A DNA stretch of 32,000 bases from a bacterium (lineage in GTDB: Bacteria > UBP7 > UBA6624 > JBBIMK01): positions 30,001-62,000 of the forward strand of contig JBBIMK010000006.1 in NCBI GenBank assembly GCA_037444445.1, written 5' to 3'. The notes beneath the pieces are model-generated. The model searched no databases, was not told where the DNA came from, and worked only from the letters and a program-made list of their open reading frames with translations. This document shows, piece after piece, positions 30,205 to 32,000 of the stretch. Made by a program: the position numbers and the translations under genes. The stretch's first letter is position 1, and every line of letters starts with the position of its first letter.

Positions 30205-32000
30205 TCAAGTTGTGATACAACTCCTCCATTTCCTTCATTGGAAGGCGATATTGCACCTTATATTTTCTTACGAATTCTCGGATTTTGCTTTTCACAGCCT
30301 GTTTTGCAGTCGCCTGATTCCACCATCCCGGGAACATATATTCTCGCACTCTTTCTAAAAGAAGTTTCACATCATCCTTGAATATCTCATACCTGCCAAA
30401 CTTTTTCTCCAGGTCAAGCAACCAACTGTATTCTAAGTTAGATAGCCCCAGTTCCTGCTGTCTTTCCGTTAACGCTCGTATCTCCTGGAATATCCCGGTG
30501 GCTTCGTCATAAATCGCCTTGTAATTTTTCGTTTTCTCCTTCCAGAGTTTTAAAAGTCTCTCCACTTTATCCACCAACGACTCGTAGATGGGGTTATTCC
30601 GCTTTTCCACAAGGACAAGTCGGTGTAAGATGAAAAGCATACTCGCTGCCTTTTCTTCCCTGCTTTTTACCTTTTCCTCTATGGCAGTCAGAGCCTCAAC
30701 ACCTAATTCTAAGGACGGCAATCTCGTCTCCAAATTCTCAATTTCTGTGGATTTGTGGATATATCGCAAAGTTTTGGCATAATACCGCTCATAGGCCGAC
30801 TCCTCAGGCTTCTGAAGCACAGTTTTTATATAATGAACATAAATTGCGGAAATCCACTTGTAATCTTCAAAATGCTCCAATTTAACCTCATCCGGACCCA
30901 GAAGTTCAAAGATTTTTCTCAGCCTCTTATAAGCATTCACGAATTCTTTTCCCTTCTCCTCCTCCGAAGTAAGAATTTCCACAGCCTTCAGAAGACTTTC
31001 CCGCTCATAATCCCTTGGCACCTCCTTCAGGAGATGTAGAATACCCTGGATTGTAGTGATAAAGTCTTGTCTAATAGCATCATAGTCACAGAGCGCTCCC
31101 TGGATGTCCTCCTCACTATACATCTCCAGAGCCTTGTGCAACTGTTTCAGGACGCCAGCATAATCAATGACCAGTCCCGCCTCCTTCACATCCTTATAAG
31201 GGCGATTCGTCCTCGCCACCGCCTGAAGAAGGCGATGCTCCCTCAACGGCTTATCCAGATACATTGTTTGAAGAATGGGAGCATCAAACCCCGTCAGAAG
31301 CATATCCGTCACTATCAGAATTTTAGGGTATTCCTCTTCCTTAAACTTTTCAATGACACTTTTCCGTATCTCCTCGGCATCCCTCCTCCCGTATTTTTCC
31401 ACAGTTTTACTTACATATTCCTGAATCACCGGCTCTTCTTCTGCAGTCGTATAGGTCATAATCACTTCGGAGCATTCTTCAGGCAGAAGTTGGTCTAACG
31501 CATTCTTATACAGGACGCAAGCCTTCCTGGAGCAAGCCGCCACCATCGCCTTGAACCTTCCATCCACATTCTCCTGAAAATGCTTTACAATATCCTTCGC
31601 AATCATTCGGATTCGCTCCGGGTTTTCCAGCACCACCCGGATGGCATTCAAACTCCTTTTCACCTTTTCTTCCACTTCCTCCCGAATCTCCTCTGGCAAC
31701 TCTTCCATCTCCGCTTCCCAGAATGCCTCAAGCATTTCCTTCTTCAAATGGACTTCATCTTCCAGCCTCGGTTGATAGACAATTTTCACCGTAAAGCCAT
31801 CTTTGATAGAATCCGTGATGAAATATCTGTCCAGATAAACCTCTGCAGGCGGGTAACTGAATTCAAGAAAAGTATCTCGTCCCCTTTTGGATATAGGAGT
31901 GCCGGTGAGGGCAAAGAAGAAGGCATTTTTCAGGATGGCTTTCATCTGCGCCGCAAGGATTCCATATTGAGTTCTATGCCCTTCATCCACGAAGGCAATC
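30161..32000 (-). CDS. hsdR: type I restriction enzyme R subunit (HsdR), C-terminal ~610 aa; the 5' end is outside the window
   Basis: The frame stays open to the window edge, and the residues upstream of the ORF-track start read IAFVDEGHRTQYG (helicase motif II, DEAH-type). Further motifs are LTGTPI, VTDMLLTGFDAP and LQAVARTNR (motif VI). A long helical C-terminal domain, typical of HsdR, follows. Confidence 0.85.
   Translation of the reverse strand, partial: IAFVDEGHRTQYGILAAQMKAILKNAFFFALTGTPISKRGRDTFLEFSYPPAEVYLDRYFITDSIKDGFTVKIVYQPRLEDEVHLKKEMLEAFWEAEMEELPEEIREEVEEKVKRSLNAIRVVLENPERIRMIAKDIVKHFQENVDGRFKAMVAACSRKACVLYKNALDQLLPEECSEVIMTYTTAEEEPVIQEYVSKTVEKYGRRDAEEIRKSVIEKFKEEEYPKILIVTDMLLTGFDAPILQTMYLDKPLREHRLLQAVARTNRPYKDVKEAGLVIDYAGVLKQLHKALEMYSEEDIQGALCDYDAIRQDFITTIQGILHLLKEVPRDYERESLLKAVEILTSEEEKGKEFVNAYKRLRKIFELLGPDEVKLEHFEDYKWISAIYVHYIKTVLQKPEESAYERYYAKTLRYIHKSTEIENLETRLPSLELGVEALTAIEEKVKSREEKAASMLFILHRLVLVEKRNNPIYESLVDKVERLLKLWKEKTKNYKAIYDEATGIFQEIRALTERQQELGLSNLEYSWLLDLEKKFGRYEIFKDDVKLLLERVREYMFPGWWNQATAKQAVKSKIREFVRKYKVQYRLPMKEMEELYHNLSEKLDSYGMGEHTV

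Noticed and set aside
1-32000. A search for tRNA, rRNA, tmRNA, CRISPR arrays, transposases, integrases, reverse transcriptases and terminal inverted repeats.
   Set aside because: Reading both strands, I recognised none. This was done by eye, so small structured RNAs could have been missed. A covariance-model scan would be needed to be sure.

Overview
This looks like a bacterial chromosomal segment, about 50% G+C by eye. It has GGAGG-type ribosome-binding sites and diderm hallmarks: a BamB-like propeller, a PpiD/SurA-like chaperone and a GspG-like pseudopilin. I call 26 tightly packed protein-coding genes, several joined by ATGA/GTGA start-stop overlaps. I saw no rRNA, tRNA, CRISPR array, transposase or integrase.

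Gene content from left to right:
- Metal-efflux module: ArsR/SmtB repressor, P1B ATPase and an exported HMA protein.
- Carbohydrate genes: galT, a GT4 glycosyltransferase and a secreted GH39-like hydrolase.
- A 572-nt gene-free spacer.
- A GAF-ANTAR RNA-binding regulator.
- A minus-strand operon of a GH42-like TIM barrel, DUF302 and a JAB/MPN protein.
- The operon ppiD-like, miaB, miaA.
- A compact unit of a small partner protein, an AbiEii-type nucleotidyltransferase and a LarE-like PP-loop ATPase.
- An orphan pseudopilin.
- A BamB-like propeller coupled to a membrane protein.
- A Get3/ArsA-like ATPase.
- A split transketolase.
- Two co-transcribed LVIVD-repeat beta-propeller proteins of 1598 and 649 aa.
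- A DUF45 zincin and the 3' part of type I restriction hsdR, which runs off the right edge.

The candidates I consider most worth follow-up:
1. The LVIVD locus. Its repeats come strictly in multiples of seven, and it carries a second, unnamed 7x DGGY repeat module.
2. The promoter-to-terminator triad of partner protein, AbiEii and LarE-like ATPase.
3. The GH42-like/DUF302/JAB operon.
4. The P1B pump, which has C-S-C where the CPx proline normally sits.

All functional calls rest on motif recognition by eye. No database search, HMM or fold prediction was possible, so family names are hypotheses to be checked.
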